Source: Pseudomonadota bacterium
GTDB taxonomy: Bacteria; Desulfobacterota; Binatia; Binatales; Binataceae
Assembly: GCA_021324755.1 (NCBI GenBank)
Contig: JAJPIL010000023.1
Location: 28,138 to 92,137, forward strand
DNA length: 64,000 nt
Reading direction: 5' to 3'
Positions 37,421 through 47,836 of this stretch are shown one piece after another; position 1 is the stretch's first letter; each line of letters starts with the position of its first letter. A program made the position numbers and the translations under genes. The notes beneath the pieces are model-generated. The model did no database searches. It saw only the letters and a program-made list of their open reading frames with translations, and was not told the origin of the DNA.

Positions 37421-38521
37421 TCATAGCCCGTCGATAGCGCCATCGCATTGCCAAAGCTTTATTCTCGCGTCATCAACTGCTAGCCCGCAAAGCTCAAAAA
37501 ATCGTATGAAGTCGTCAGGCAAAGGTGCTACAAAGCGCATTCGTTCGTCGGTTCGCGGATGGTTAAAGGACAATGCAAGAGAGTGCAGCGCTTGGCGGGT
37601 GAAGGGACATTCGGTCAAAACTTTTGCGGGCTTCAGTCCGCCGTACAGGGCATCGCCCAGGCAGGGATGGCCAATGGAGGCCAGGTGCACTCTGATTTGA
37701 TGGGTTCTGCCGGTCTCGGGAACCACACGCACCAGCGTTGCGTGTTGGGGCATGCTGGCATTTGAGCGTAGCTCGAAGCGTTCCAGCACCGTCACGCGAG
37801 ATACTGCGGGGCGCAAACGGTTGGAGCGCACGGACATTCGGACGCGGTCGACCGGATGGCGTCCCAGCGCTCGAGCGATCGTTTGTTCTTGGCGGCTCAC
37901 CCGGCCGCTTACAACCGCCAGGTATACTTTGCTAGTGGTACGCTCTTTGAACTGCCGCGCCAGCGATGCGCGCGCGTAGGCAGTCCGAGCGACCACCATC
38001 ACGCCCGAAGTATCCTTGTCGAGCCGGTGAACGATTCCGGGCCGAACCATGCCGTCTTCTTCAACCATCGTGGCAAGCTCCGGATGACGTGCCATGAGCA
38101 CATCGACCAAGCTCGGGTACGGGTAGTTTGGCGCAGGATGTACCGCCAGGCCCGGAGGTTTATTCACCACGATTACGTCGTCATCGACGTACAGCTCCTC
38201 GACTTCGGGCAGCTCGCCTTGCCAGCTCGTTCGCTCGACCGCGGGCGCTTTGGGCAGGCTTATCTCGACGCGGTCGCCTGCGCGCACGGTTGCGGCTGCG
38301 CGTCCCGGCGCTCCATTGAGCTTTACCAGACCGGCGCGGATCACTCGCGCCACGCGCGAGCGCGAGATCGCCGGCGACAGACTAGTCGCCAAAAAAACGT
38401 CCAGCCGATAACCTGCGTACCGCTTGTCGACGATCAAAACTAGCGGTTCGCCCGCCGTGACCTCGGCTTGGGTCGCGGCTATTCGGGACGAATTTGTTTG
38501 GACGTCAAACGAGGCCAACAC
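37421..38521 (-). CDS. rluD: RluA/RluD family pseudouridine synthase
   Basis: S4 domain (RLD...SRS), VNKPPG, GIVHRLDKDTSG, TGRTHQIRVH, RQALH. Confidence 0.92.
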   Translation of the reverse strand: MLASFDVQTNSSRIAATQAEVTAGEPLVLIVDKRYAGYRLDVFLATSLSPAISRSRVARVIRAGLVKLNGAPGRAAATVRAGDRVEISLPKAPAVERTSWQGELPEVEELYVDDDVIVVNKPPGLAVHPAPNYPYPSLVDVLMARHPELATMVEEDGMVRPGIVHRLDKDTSGVMVVARTAYARASLARQFKERTTSKVYLAVVSGRVSRQEQTIARALGRHPVDRVRMSVRSNRLRPAVSRVTVLERFELRSNASMPQHATLVRVVPETGRTHQIRVHLASIGHPCLGDALYGGLKPAKVLTECPFTRQALHSLALSFNHPRTDERMRFVAPLPDDFIRFFELCGLAVDDARIKLWQCDGAIDGL

Positions 38522-38524
38522 CTA

Positions 38525-39142
38525 CTAGTTCGTTTGCTCCTCCATAAAAAAGGGCACGGGGTGCAAACGCTCATAAGCTTCGATTTGCGCGCTATAAACC
38601 AGCGTCAGGCCGATGTCGTCTAGACCCTCGAGCAGGCGGCGCTTTTGAAATGGTTCTATATCGAAGCGCGCCTCAAGACCTTCCTTATCGGTCACCGTCT
38701 GGTCTTCCAGATCGACCGTCAGGCGATAGCCGCTCCCGCTGAGAGCTCGCTCCATGATTCGATGCACGGTTTGCGGGTCGAGCACCACCGGAAGCAGTCC
38801 GTTTTTAAAACAGTTGGTGCGGAAGATATCGGCGAATGACGGGGCGATGATGGCTCGAAACCCAAAATCGTCAAGCGCCCACACCGCATGTTCTCGCGAG
38901 CTACCACATCCAAAATTGGCGCCCGTGACGAGAATCGACGCGCCTTGATACTGGGGCAAGTTTAGCACGAAATCTGCCACTTCGCGGCCGTCTGGCGTAA
39001 ATCGCCAGCCGTAAAAGAGCCCGGCCTTGAGTCCTTTGCGCTCGACAGATTTCAAAAATTGCTTGGGAATAATCTGGTCGGTGTCGACGTTGTTTTTGTT
39101 GAGCGGCGCAACGAGGCCAGTTACTTTTCTAAATGCGCGCAT
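38525..39142 (-). CDS. leuD: 3-isopropylmalate dehydratase small subunit
   Basis: NVDTDQIIPKQFL, NFGCGSSREHA, SFADIF. Confidence 0.97.
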   Translation of the reverse strand: MRAFRKVTGLVAPLNKNNVDTDQIIPKQFLKSVERKGLKAGLFYGWRFTPDGREVADFVLNLPQYQGASILVTGANFGCGSSREHAVWALDDFGFRAIIAPSFADIFRTNCFKNGLLPVVLDPQTVHRIMERALSGSGYRLTVDLEDQTVTDKEGLEARFDIEPFQKRRLLEGLDDIGLTLVYSAQIEAYERLHPVPFFMEEQTN

Positions 39143-39154
39143 CGATCTCTCCCA

Positions 39155-40579
39155 CTACAGTTGCTCGATTGGTTCTATCTTCATTGTTCGGACGTCCACG
39201 AAATGGCCCTCGAGTGCCGCCGCCGCAGCCATCGCCGGACTGACCAGATGCGTCCGTCCGCCCGGTCCCTGTCTGCCCTCGAAGTTGCGGTTGGAGGTAC
39301 TAGCGCATCGTTCGCCCGGCTTAAGAATGTCCGGGTTCATCCCCAAGCACATGCTGCATCCCGACTCGCGCCATTCGAAACCGGCTTCCTTGAAAATACG
39401 GTCCAATCCCAGCGCCTCGGCCGCAGCCTTGACCTGTTGCGAACCCGGAACCACCATCGCTCGCACGCCGGGCGCAACCTTGCGTCCTTTCACCACTGCC
39501 GCGGCTGTCATAAGGTCGTGAAGGCGCGAGTTGGTGCACGAGCCGATAAAAACCCGGTCGATTTTAATTTCGGTTATTGGTGTGCCCGGGACAAGCCCCA
39601 TGTACTCTAGAGCGCGTTCGGCGGCCGCGCGCACGAGCGGATCGGCAAAGGAACTCGGATCGGGAACCTTACCGGTTACATCGACGACCATCGCGGGATT
39701 GGTTCCCCAGGTTACTTGCGGGGCGAATTCCTCGGCCCGGAAGCGGTAGCTTTTGTCGAACTTCGCGTCCGAATCGGTGGCAAGCCTGAGCCACCGCTCG
39801 GCTTCGCGCTCGAAAGCGCGCCCCTTGGGAGCATAGCGCCGTCCGCGCAAATACTCGACGGTCTTTTCGTCAGGCGACACCATCCCGGCCCGCGCGCCAG
39901 CTTCGATCGACATGTTGCATATCGTCATCCGCTCTTCGATCGAGAGGCGTTTGATCGTGGGGCCGCGGTACTCGATTACGTGTCCAGTGGCGCCGTCGAC
40001 ATTGGTGCGGCCGATAATGCCCAAGATCAAGTCTTTGGCGCTGACGCCCGGACCGAGCTCTCCCTCCACCCAAATCTCCATTATTTTTGGCTTGGATTGC
40101 CAAAGACATTGCGTTGCCAGGACGTGCTCGACCTCACTTGTTCCAATCCCGAAGGCGAGCGCTCCCAGCGCGCCGTGGGTGGAGGTGTGGCTATCGCCGC
40201 ACACAATAGTCATGCCTGGCTGAGTCAGTCCGAGTTCGGGACCGATCACGTGGACTATCCCCTGTTCGCGCGAGCCCAAGTCGAACAGTTGGATCCCGAA
40301 CTCCGCGCAGTTACGCCGCATTGCTTCGACTTGACGCGCTGATTGGGGATCGGCGATCGGTAGCGAGCGGTCAGTGGTGGGCACGTTATGGTCGAGCGTC
40401 CCAAAGGTGCGCTGCGGGGCGCGCACTTTCCGGCCGGCCGCACGCAGACCTTCGAACGCCTGGGGCGAGGTCACCTCGTGAACCAAATGCAAGTCAATGT
40501 AAAGTAGGGCGGGCCCACCTGGTTCCTCGACGATTACATGCTGCTCCCAAATCTTTTCAAAAAGCGTTTTCGACGACAT
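39155..40579 (-). CDS. leuC: 3-isopropylmalate dehydratase large subunit
   Basis: [47 protein letters not shown]. Confidence 0.98.
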   Translation of the reverse strand: MSSKTLFEKIWEQHVIVEEPGGPALLYIDLHLVHEVTSPQAFEGLRAAGRKVRAPQRTFGTLDHNVPTTDRSLPIADPQSARQVEAMRRNCAEFGIQLFDLGSREQGIVHVIGPELGLTQPGMTIVCGDSHTSTHGALGALAFGIGTSEVEHVLATQCLWQSKPKIMEIWVEGELGPGVSAKDLILGIIGRTNVDGATGHVIEYRGPTIKRLSIEERMTICNMSIEAGARAGMVSPDEKTVEYLRGRRYAPKGRAFEREAERWLRLATDSDAKFDKSYRFRAEEFAPQVTWGTNPAMVVDVTGKVPDPSSFADPLVRAAAERALEYMGLVPGTPITEIKIDRVFIGSCTNSRLHDLMTAAAVVKGRKVAPGVRAMVVPGSQQVKAAAEALGLDRIFKEAGFEWRESGCSMCLGMNPDILKPGERCASTSNRNFEGRQGPGGRTHLVSPAMAAAAALEGHFVDVRTMKIEPIEQL

Positions 40580-40908
40580 CTACAAATCCCATTTCAATGA
40601 CCGCATGATGTTTGGTTTCGCGCTCGGCTCTGCTCGTTGAGCGTTGGTTTGCGTCGCCAGAGGCAGGTTTGGAGCTTTGGCGCGCAGTCGAAATGTCCTC
40701 GCACTCGAGTCAAGCTGTAAAGAAAAAACCGCGCAAGACTAAAACTTTTGGCCGCCGAAGCACGCCGCCGCAGATGGAGACGCAGGCGACATCGTATACC
40801 GCAATTGCAATATAGAGCAGAACATAATGCTCTGTAAACTACGTCGCCGAGAGCGGCTCGCGCTGAGCAGCGGCCCGCCTGCCCGCGAACAACGTCGCCG
40901 CAAACCCA

Positions 40909-42339
40909 TCAACCGAGGCGCGCCAGGCTTTCGAGCGCCATTCTAGCTGCCTCTTCAGCGCTACGCACGCAATCGGGAATTCCGAGGCCACGGTATGCCC
41001 CACCTGCGAGCAGCAGACCCGGATACTGTTTAAGTTCGCGCTCTATCGACTGGACGCGTTCAAGATGACCCACCAGGTACTGTGGCATGGCGCGAAAATG
41101 GCGCTGCACAAAGGCGAATTTCGGGTCGCTACGGATGCCCAGAAGTTCTCGTAACTCAGCTTGCGCGATGTCAATCAACCGGTAGTTGTCGGCGCCGGCA
41201 AGCGTTTGCGCAACCTCGTCTCGAATGAATACCCGCACTAGAAGGTGGCCGTCAGGTGCGCGCTCGGCGAATTTGATGCTCGAAAACGTGCACGCAGCGA
41301 TCGCCTTGCCTTCCACCTGTGGCACCACGAAGCCCGAGCCTTCAAGCCTTCGCGCAGTGCCATCTGCGCGATACGCCAGTGTCACGAAGGTTGCGCTGCC
41401 GTAAGGGATTTTCTTGAGCAGCCCTGCAAGACGCGGCGCAACTTTTGCGAGCAGCCGCGAGGCCTCGTACGGCGGTATGGCAAGGATTACGACCGGCGCG
41501 CGTAGCGTTTGGCTGCTAGCAAGCCGCACCTCCCAGCCCTCCTCCGAGCGCGTTAGCTCGACCACTGGCGTAGCCGTGCGCAGCGAGGCCGTCAGCTCCT
41601 TGGTCAGAGCCTCAACTAAGGTAGCCATCCCGCGCCGAAAGCTCACAAAAAGCGCTAGACGGGCACCCTTAGCATTTTGCGCGCCCGCCTGACGCTGTCG
41701 CGCCATAGCACGCAGGCCCAGGATAACGCTGCGATAGCGTTGCTCGAGCTCGGCAAAGCGCGGCGTTGCGGCCCTGAGGCTTAGCTGCTCGGCGGCTACC
41801 CCGTATATTCCCTGAACCAGCGGTCGTACCAGATACTCCAGTACCTCTTGCCCGAGCCTCCGTTTGACAAACGACCCCACGCTTTCATCATTGCTCGCCG
41901 AGCGCCGGGGCAGCGCCAGGTCGAGCGCCGCACGTAACTTGCCACCCAGGCTCAAAGCTCGGCTTTTGAAAAGCGGCGCGAGCTTGGCTGGGCCGAGTAG
42001 GTAAAATCCCTCGGGGATTTCAATTAGACGGCCGTTGCGCACGACATAGATTTTTCGGCTTTCTTCTCGCGTGCCGATAAGCTCGTTCTCAAGCCCTAAC
42101 TTGTAGGCCAGCGCTAGCGCCCACGGCTTGTCGGTAAGGAATGAGTCGGGGCCGTTTTCCACGACGAAGCCATCGTGAAACGTCGTACTGATAACCCCGC
42201 CGGGGCGCTCTTGCGCCTCGAACACGGCGAGCTCGACCGGATTTTGCTGGGCTTTCGATTGCTCGCGCACAAAATAGGCTGCGGAAAGGCCGCTTATGCC
42301 TGCGCCGACAACGATAACCGCTTTGTGCTGCGAGCGCAT
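40909..42339 (-). CDS. hemY: HemY-type proto/coproporphyrinogen oxidase
   Basis: VVGAGISGL FAD motif, ENGPDSF, AMPQYLVGH, GLGIPDCV. Confidence 0.92.
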   Translation of the reverse strand: MRSQHKAVIVVGAGISGLSAAYFVREQSKAQQNPVELAVFEAQERPGGVISTTFHDGFVVENGPDSFLTDKPWALALAYKLGLENELIGTREESRKIYVVRNGRLIEIPEGFYLLGPAKLAPLFKSRALSLGGKLRAALDLALPRRSASNDESVGSFVKRRLGQEVLEYLVRPLVQGIYGVAAEQLSLRAATPRFAELEQRYRSVILGLRAMARQRQAGAQNAKGARLALFVSFRRGMATLVEALTKELTASLRTATPVVELTRSEEGWEVRLASSQTLRAPVVILAIPPYEASRLLAKVAPRLAGLLKKIPYGSATFVTLAYRADGTARRLEGSGFVVPQVEGKAIAACTFSSIKFAERAPDGHLLVRVFIRDEVAQTLAGADNYRLIDIAQAELRELLGIRSDPKFAFVQRHFRAMPQYLVGHLERVQSIERELKQYPGLLLAGGAYRGLGIPDCVRSAEEAARMALESLARLG

Positions 42340-42468
42340 ATCGAAAAGGGGGCCAGAAACCGAACGGCTTTCGCGTTGCCCTTCGTTTTGAAAGCCGGGC
42401 TATTGAATGAAGAGCCGCGCTGCTCGAATTAGCCCTGTCGCGTAAAATCCGGCAAGATGAGAGTTTCG

Positions 42469-43383
42469 CTAATGGCCGGCGAGCTGCTCGTGCACGAGCT
42501 CAGCTATCATCTGGATGAAGACAGGGTCGTCGTTGACCGCGCTAGCCCGAACCATCGTTACGCCGGCTTGCTGCGCGATGCTTCGCGCTTCGATGTCCAG
42601 GTCGTAGAGGATTTCGACATTCTCGCAAAGGAAACCGAGAGGCATCACGACCGCGGCGTCTTCCTTAAGTGAAGCTAGCAGTTCGCCGACGTCCGGCCCA
42701 AGCCAAGGCTCATATGGGTTGCCACTGCGGCTCTGGTAAGCGACAAACCATCGACGCCATCCGAGCTTGTCTGCCACCAGCGCGGCAGACTCGTGCAGCT
42801 CCTGCGCGTAGCGGCTTTGCTCCGCCATCGCACAGGGGATACTGTGGGCGGTGAAGATAAGGCAGGCTCGTTCGCGCTGTTTAGGCGAGAGTTTACTCGC
42901 TGCTGTCCTGACCTGCTTTGCGACCGACTCGACAAACAGGGGATGGGTGTGCCACGGGCCGACGTACTCGATTTCGGGCGCATTAGGTCCCAGAGCCCGT
43001 TGCGCTTGACGAGCGCTCTCGACGTACCGATCGAAGCTCGCCTCCGAGCGATGGGGCGCCAGAACGAAACCAACTGAGTACTTGACTCCGTCGCGCGCCA
43101 TCACTTGCAAAGTGTCAGACAGAAACGGCGACCAGTTGCGCATACCGACGTAAACCGCGCACCTGAGGCGTTCCGCCAGCGCCTTGGCCTGGCGCATCAC
43201 GATTTCGTTGTAAGGCGAACGCCCGCCCACGGCCTCGTAATGATGGGCCACTTCCTCAATTCGCGCCTGTGGGATCCCTCTGCCCCGCGTGACGGTCTCG
43301 AGAAAGGGGCGCACCTCATCCGGCTTAGTGGGCCCGCCGAAACCAATTAACAGAACCGCCTTATTGTTGTTGTCGAGTTTCAT
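42469..43383 (-). CDS. hemH: Ferrochelatase (resembles actinobacterial-type CpfC)
   Basis: FGGP...VRPFLETVTRGRGIP, GGRSP, FTAHSIP, YQSRSG....WLGP, EILYDLD. Confidence 0.93.
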   Translation of the reverse strand: MKLDNNNKAVLLIGFGGPTKPDEVRPFLETVTRGRGIPQARIEEVAHHYEAVGGRSPYNEIVMRQAKALAERLRCAVYVGMRNWSPFLSDTLQVMARDGVKYSVGFVLAPHRSEASFDRYVESARQAQRALGPNAPEIEYVGPWHTHPLFVESVAKQVRTAASKLSPKQRERACLIFTAHSIPCAMAEQSRYAQELHESAALVADKLGWRRWFVAYQSRSGNPYEPWLGPDVGELLASLKEDAAVVMPLGFLCENVEILYDLDIEARSIAQQAGVTMVRASAVNDDPVFIQMIAELVHEQLAGH

Positions 43384-45361
43384 CTCGTTTGAACTTCGCG
43401 CTCATTTCGTGCACCGCATCGACCAGGGCGATCACATGATCGACCGGCGTCTGGGGCAGCACGCCGTGCCCCAGATTAAAGATATGGCCCGGGCGTCCTT
43501 CGGCTTCATCGAGGATAGCGGCAACCTTAGCCCGGAGCTCTCGAACATCGGCCAGAAGGGCCGCAGGGTCAAGGTTTCCTTGGACGGCGACTTTGTAGTT
43601 CAAGCGACGCCACGCCTCGCGCAGGCTGACGCGCCAATCAAGCCCGATTACGTCGCCGCCGGCCTCAGCCATCAACTCGAGCAAATTGCCCGTAGCAGTG
43701 CCGAAGTGAATCAGCGGGACGTCCTTGGGCACCGTCGCTATGAGGGCGGCAGTATGCGGCAGAATATAACGTCGGTAGTCGTCTGGGCTTAGGTTACCAA
43801 CCCAGCTATCGAAAAGCTGAATCAAGTTTGCCCCAGCTGCAATCTGAATTCTCAAATACTCGGCCGTAAGGCGCACCAGCGCTTCCATAAGCCGCTTCCA
43901 CGTTGCTTCCTCCGTGTACATCATCCGCTTGGTCAGCAGATACTGGCGTGACGCCTTACCCTCGACTAAATAAGAAGCCAACGTGAACGGTGCACCGGCA
44001 AAGCCGATGACCGGCGTCTTGTCGCCCAAAGCTCGGCGCACAAGCTTTATCGCTTCGCCGGTAGTCTCAAGTTCAGCAGAGGGATCGACCGCGGCCAACC
44101 GTTCGACGTCCTTGAGGCATCGTATCGGATGTTCGATGACGGGGCCGTCGCTCGTCTCGTATCTAACTCCGACCCCTGTCGGCAAAAGCGCCAGCAGAAT
44201 ATCAGAGAAAATTATCGCGGCGTCGACCCCGAGTTTCTCCACAGCCGTTACCGTGATTTCCGCCGCGAGCTCGGGTCGCCGGCACATCTCGAGAAATCCG
44301 AACCGCTCACGCATCCTGCGGTATTCAGGCATGTAGCGGCCCGCCTGGCGCATCAACCACACTGGGGTATATGGCGTTGGCTCGAGACGACACGCCTTGA
44401 GTATCGGGTGCTCCGATAAGGCGGACTTCGCTTCGGACGCGGCTTTGTCGGGCCGAACCGGTGGGCTTGCGACCGAGCTCGACACCTCAAATTTTGTAGC
44501 TTTTTTGGCGCGTACCAGCGCCGGCGCTTGGCGAGCTATTTCCTTGACGAGGTGGCCGAGCTTAGGATGGGCAGGTTCGACGTCAACCGCAAAGCCGTAT
44601 TTACGCAGCACCTCCGAACAGACCGGCCCGATCGAGCCTACCACGATTCGATTGAATTCGCGACGTAACGCGCTCTCTAGGCCTTCGGCTCGCGCGACCT
44701 GAAGCACGTTAGTTACTTGAGTGCTGCTGGTGAAAAGGGCGATGTCGTAGTTGCCAGACACAAGTGAGGTTAATGCGGCAATCAGCGGTGAGCGGTCCTC
44801 AGGAAGTGCCCACCGGTAGACCGGAACCGAGCGTACGACCGCTCCGTGCGCCTCCAGTCCGGCAACTAACTCGGGATTGGTCGTGCCGTACTCCTGGATC
44901 GCTATCCGCTTGTCTTTGAGCACGACCCGCTTGCAAAGCGCCTCGAGAAGCTCGCGTGAGGTATTTGGCTCCGGTACATTGATCGTGGCTTGAAGGCCGG
45001 CCTCCCTAAGAACCCGGACGACTTTGGGCCCGCGCGCAGCGGTCACAATTCGCCCGAGAGCTTCGATTATCTGGGAAAGCTGGTAATGCTGAGAAATAAT
45101 CTCAAACAGCGTTTTTACCCCTACGCCAGTTAGAAAGATCACTATATCGAGTTGGCCGGCAATCAGCGCCTGCGCAAAAGCTTGCGCTGCTGGGTTTTCT
45201 TCCAGACCCACTTCCCGCATCGCGGGCGCGCTTGTAACCGAGGCGCCGTAGCGCTCGAGCATCGTGCGCAGCTCCCGGGCCATCCGGTTTTCAAAAGCGA
45301 CTACACGAAAGCCGCTAAGAGTCCGTGGGTCTTCACTAAGGGTGTCAGGAGTCAAAGACAT
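43361..45361 (-). CDS. hemE: Fused uroporphyrinogen-III synthase / uroporphyrinogen decarboxylase (HemD-HemE)
   Basis: N-half: FLTGVG, ARGPK, VYRWALP, FTSS, SIGP (HemD); C-half: PVWLMRQAGRY, FSDIL, GFAGAPFTL, QGNLDP, FNLGHG (HemE); one frame. Confidence 0.93.
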   Translation of the reverse strand: MSLTPDTLSEDPRTLSGFRVVAFENRMARELRTMLERYGASVTSAPAMREVGLEENPAAQAFAQALIAGQLDIVIFLTGVGVKTLFEIISQHYQLSQIIEALGRIVTAARGPKVVRVLREAGLQATINVPEPNTSRELLEALCKRVVLKDKRIAIQEYGTTNPELVAGLEAHGAVVRSVPVYRWALPEDRSPLIAALTSLVSGNYDIALFTSSTQVTNVLQVARAEGLESALRREFNRIVVGSIGPVCSEVLRKYGFAVDVEPAHPKLGHLVKEIARQAPALVRAKKATKFEVSSSVASPPVRPDKAASEAKSALSEHPILKACRLEPTPYTPVWLMRQAGRYMPEYRRMRERFGFLEMCRRPELAAEITVTAVEKLGVDAAIIFSDILLALLPTGVGVRYETSDGPVIEHPIRCLKDVERLAAVDPSAELETTGEAIKLVRRALGDKTPVIGFAGAPFTLASYLVEGKASRQYLLTKRMMYTEEATWKRLMEALVRLTAEYLRIQIAAGANLIQLFDSWVGNLSPDDYRRYILPHTAALIATVPKDVPLIHFGTATGNLLELMAEAGGDVIGLDWRVSLREAWRRLNYKVAVQGNLDPAALLADVRELRAKVAAILDEAEGRPGHIFNLGHGVLPQTPVDHVIALVDAVHEMSAKFKRDETRQQQ

Positions 45362-45543
45362 AAAAAATAAAAGCTATTTTCCGCGCTTAAAATTATACTT
45401 GCTCTATTGACGCTTGCCTATTGCGCCTTAAGGCTCAGGCGCACAGCGCGATTAGCCTGGTACACGGGGGAGCATAACATGTCTTGGGGCGGTGCGTGGT
45501 CTTTTTCTTCTAAGCGACCAGCCGGCTTGTTGGCTAAAGCCCG

Positions 45544-45573
45544 TTGACGCGCCCAACGTTTAACACTTACGCT
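45544..45573 (+). promoter_or_regulatory. Candidate sigma70 promoter for archease-rtcB
   Basis: TTGACG-N18-TACGCT. Confidence 0.4.
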
Positions 45574-45752
45574 TCCAAAGGTTGATGCCCGAGAACTGCA
45601 GGTTGAAAAAGGCTAGTAGAATTTCGGCGTTTTGTCGCCGACGGAGAGATTGGTGACCTTTTAGCAAGTGGTTCTGCGACTTAGATTTTATTTCGGGACG
45701 TCGCAAGGAGCGCTTCGATCGCAGCCGCGTCAGGGCCGTCGGGCGGATTTAT

Positions 45753-46238
45753 ATGCCGCGTAGGTCTGGCGCTGAATTTTTGAGCCAATGGCCTAAGCCC
45801 GTGCCTGAAGAGCCGAGCGATTCGCTCGAGTTATTTCGCGAGCTCGATCATGTCGGCGACTTGGCAATCGAAGTTGTCGCTTGCGAGCGCGCGGAACTTT
45901 TCAGGCGCGCTTTGTGCGCATTGGCTCGATTAATGGTCGAAGCCGACGACATCCGTCCGACTCATCGACACGAGATTGTCTGCGAAGCGCTCAACGACGT
46001 AGACCTAATACACGACCTCTTGGCTAGAGCGCTAAACCTGTTCTTTATCGAGAACTTCGTATGGTGTTCTGCCGAGGTCGAGGAGCAAGACCACAAGGTT
46101 AAGGCAACGCTCTTAGGCGAGCCGTTCGACCGCGCACGCCATCGACTGGTTCGCGAGATCAAGGCTGTGACATATCACCGCCTTGTAGTCGAGAACGACG
46201 GTTCGCGATGGCGAGCGCAGATCATCTTTGACATCTAG
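45753..46238 (+). CDS. Archease
   Basis: LDHVGD N-terminal motif, EIKAVTYH, C-terminal IIFDI; directly upstream of rtcB. Confidence 0.9.
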   Translation: MPRRSGAEFLSQWPKPVPEEPSDSLELFRELDHVGDLAIEVVACERAELFRRALCALARLMVEADDIRPTHRHEIVCEALNDVDLIHDLLARALNLFFIENFVWCSAEVEEQDHKVKATLLGEPFDRARHRLVREIKAVTYHRLVVENDGSRWRAQIIFDI

Positions 46239-46317
46239 AACGCTCGACTTTTAACTGACCTTTTTCAACTAACCTTTCGCAAGTTGAATCTCTGACCGTT
46301 GTGTCGATAGGTTGGCT

Positions 46318-47754
46318 ATGGAGCTACGGCAAATAAACGACTATCTGTGGGAAATTCCTCGTCACGGTGAGATGCGCGTGCCGGGGCGGATTTATGCCAG
46401 CCGCGCGATGATGGAGGAGTTGCGCGACGACCCGGCGCTGAACCAGGTCGAGAATGTTGCGTGTCTACCGGGTATTGTCGGCTACTCGCTGGCCATGCCC
46501 GATATCCACTGGGGCTACGGGTTTCCGATCGGCGGCGTGGCAGCTATTGATGCGGAAGACGGTGTCATCTCGCCTGGTGGAGTTGGCTACGACATCAACT
46601 GTGGGGTTCGGTTAATCCGAACCAATCTCAAGCGGGCCGATATTGCCAACGACATCGAGCGCTTGGGCGACGCTTTGTACAAGGCGATTCCTGCGGGCGT
46701 CGGTTCGGAAGGCGCGATCCCCTCGCTGAGTATCGCCGAGCTCAAGAAAGTGGTACGCGACGGCGTTCGATGGGCAGTGGCAAACGGTTACGCCAAGCCC
46801 GAGGACCTAAACCACATTGAGGAACAGGGTTGTCTTGCGGGAGCCGACCCCGACGCGGTGAGCGAAGAGGCGTACAAGCGCGGGCACAAACAGCTTGGCA
46901 CCCTGGGCTCTGGGAACCATTTCTTGGAATGCGAAGAGGTGGACGAAATATATGCGCCCGAGGTTGCCAAAGCCTTGGGACTGGAGCTCGGTCAGGTAAC
47001 CGTGCTGATTCATTCCGGCTCGCGCGGGTTGGGTCATCAGACCTGTGACGATTATTTGCGCAAAATCGGTAAAAATCTCGACTCGTACAACTTCAAGCTT
47101 CCGGACCGGCAGCTGGCCGCGGCACCGATAAAGTCGCCGGAGGGGCGTGCTTACCTGGCGGCGATGGCGGCCGCGGCCAATTTTGCGTGGTGTAATCGCC
47201 AGCTGATGACCTACCTGGCTGAGCGAGCCTTTATGGAAGCGCTACACATCGGACCGAAAGAGCTCGGCTTTGCGCTGGTTTACGACGTCTGCCACAATAT
47301 CGCAAAATTCGAAGAGCATCAGATCGACGGCCGGACTTTGCGCGTGTGCGTCCATCGCAAAGGCGCTACTCGAGCCTTCCCGCCAGGTCATCCCGCATTA
47401 CCGCCAGGACTGCGCGAGATCGGTCAACCCGTTTTGATCCCAGGCGATATGGGACGTTACTCCTTTGTGCTTATCGGGCTTGAGAACTCGATGCGCGAAA
47501 CCTTCGGCTCTACTTGCCATGGCGCTGGGCGCGTGCTCAGCCGCCATCAGGCAAAAAAAGAAGCGCGCGGACGCGACCTCGTCGCTGAGCTTGCCCGCCA
47601 GGGTGTAATCGTGCGCGCTGCAAGTCGCGCTACCGTGGCTGAAGAAATGCCGATGGCCTATAAAGATGTGGCTAACGTGGTAGAAGTGATGGAGGCAGCT
47701 GGAGTAAGCCGCAAAGTCGCGCGGCTCAAGCCGTTCCTCGTGGTCAAAGGCTAA
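46318..47754 (+). CDS. rtcB: RtcB RNA 3'-phosphate/5'-OH ligase (long, archaeal/Thermus-like type)
   Basis: MPDIHWGYGFPIGGV, GYDINCG, GTLGSGNHF, HSGSRG, HN, HRKGAT, PGDMG, CHGAGR, EE.P.AYK. Confidence 0.96.
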   Translation: MELRQINDYLWEIPRHGEMRVPGRIYASRAMMEELRDDPALNQVENVACLPGIVGYSLAMPDIHWGYGFPIGGVAAIDAEDGVISPGGVGYDINCGVRLIRTNLKRADIANDIERLGDALYKAIPAGVGSEGAIPSLSIAELKKVVRDGVRWAVANGYAKPEDLNHIEEQGCLAGADPDAVSEEAYKRGHKQLGTLGSGNHFLECEEVDEIYAPEVAKALGLELGQVTVLIHSGSRGLGHQTCDDYLRKIGKNLDSYNFKLPDRQLAAAPIKSPEGRAYLAAMAAAANFAWCNRQLMTYLAERAFMEALHIGPKELGFALVYDVCHNIAKFEEHQIDGRTLRVCVHRKGATRAFPPGHPALPPGLREIGQPVLIPGDMGRYSFVLIGLENSMRETFGSTCHGAGRVLSRHQAKKEARGRDLVAELARQGVIVRAASRATVAEEMPMAYKDVANVVEVMEAAGVSRKVARLKPFLVVKG

Positions 47755-47836
47755 CGTAATTGGGCTCAAACGGCGGGGGAAAGTTGCCCCACAATCGTGG
47801 GTGGCGTTCGCCTTGTTTAAGAAAGGCGCAAAACCC

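Noticed and set aside
40580..40908. Second leucine attenuator upstream of leuC
   Set aside because: No Leu-rich leader or terminator with a U-tract recognised
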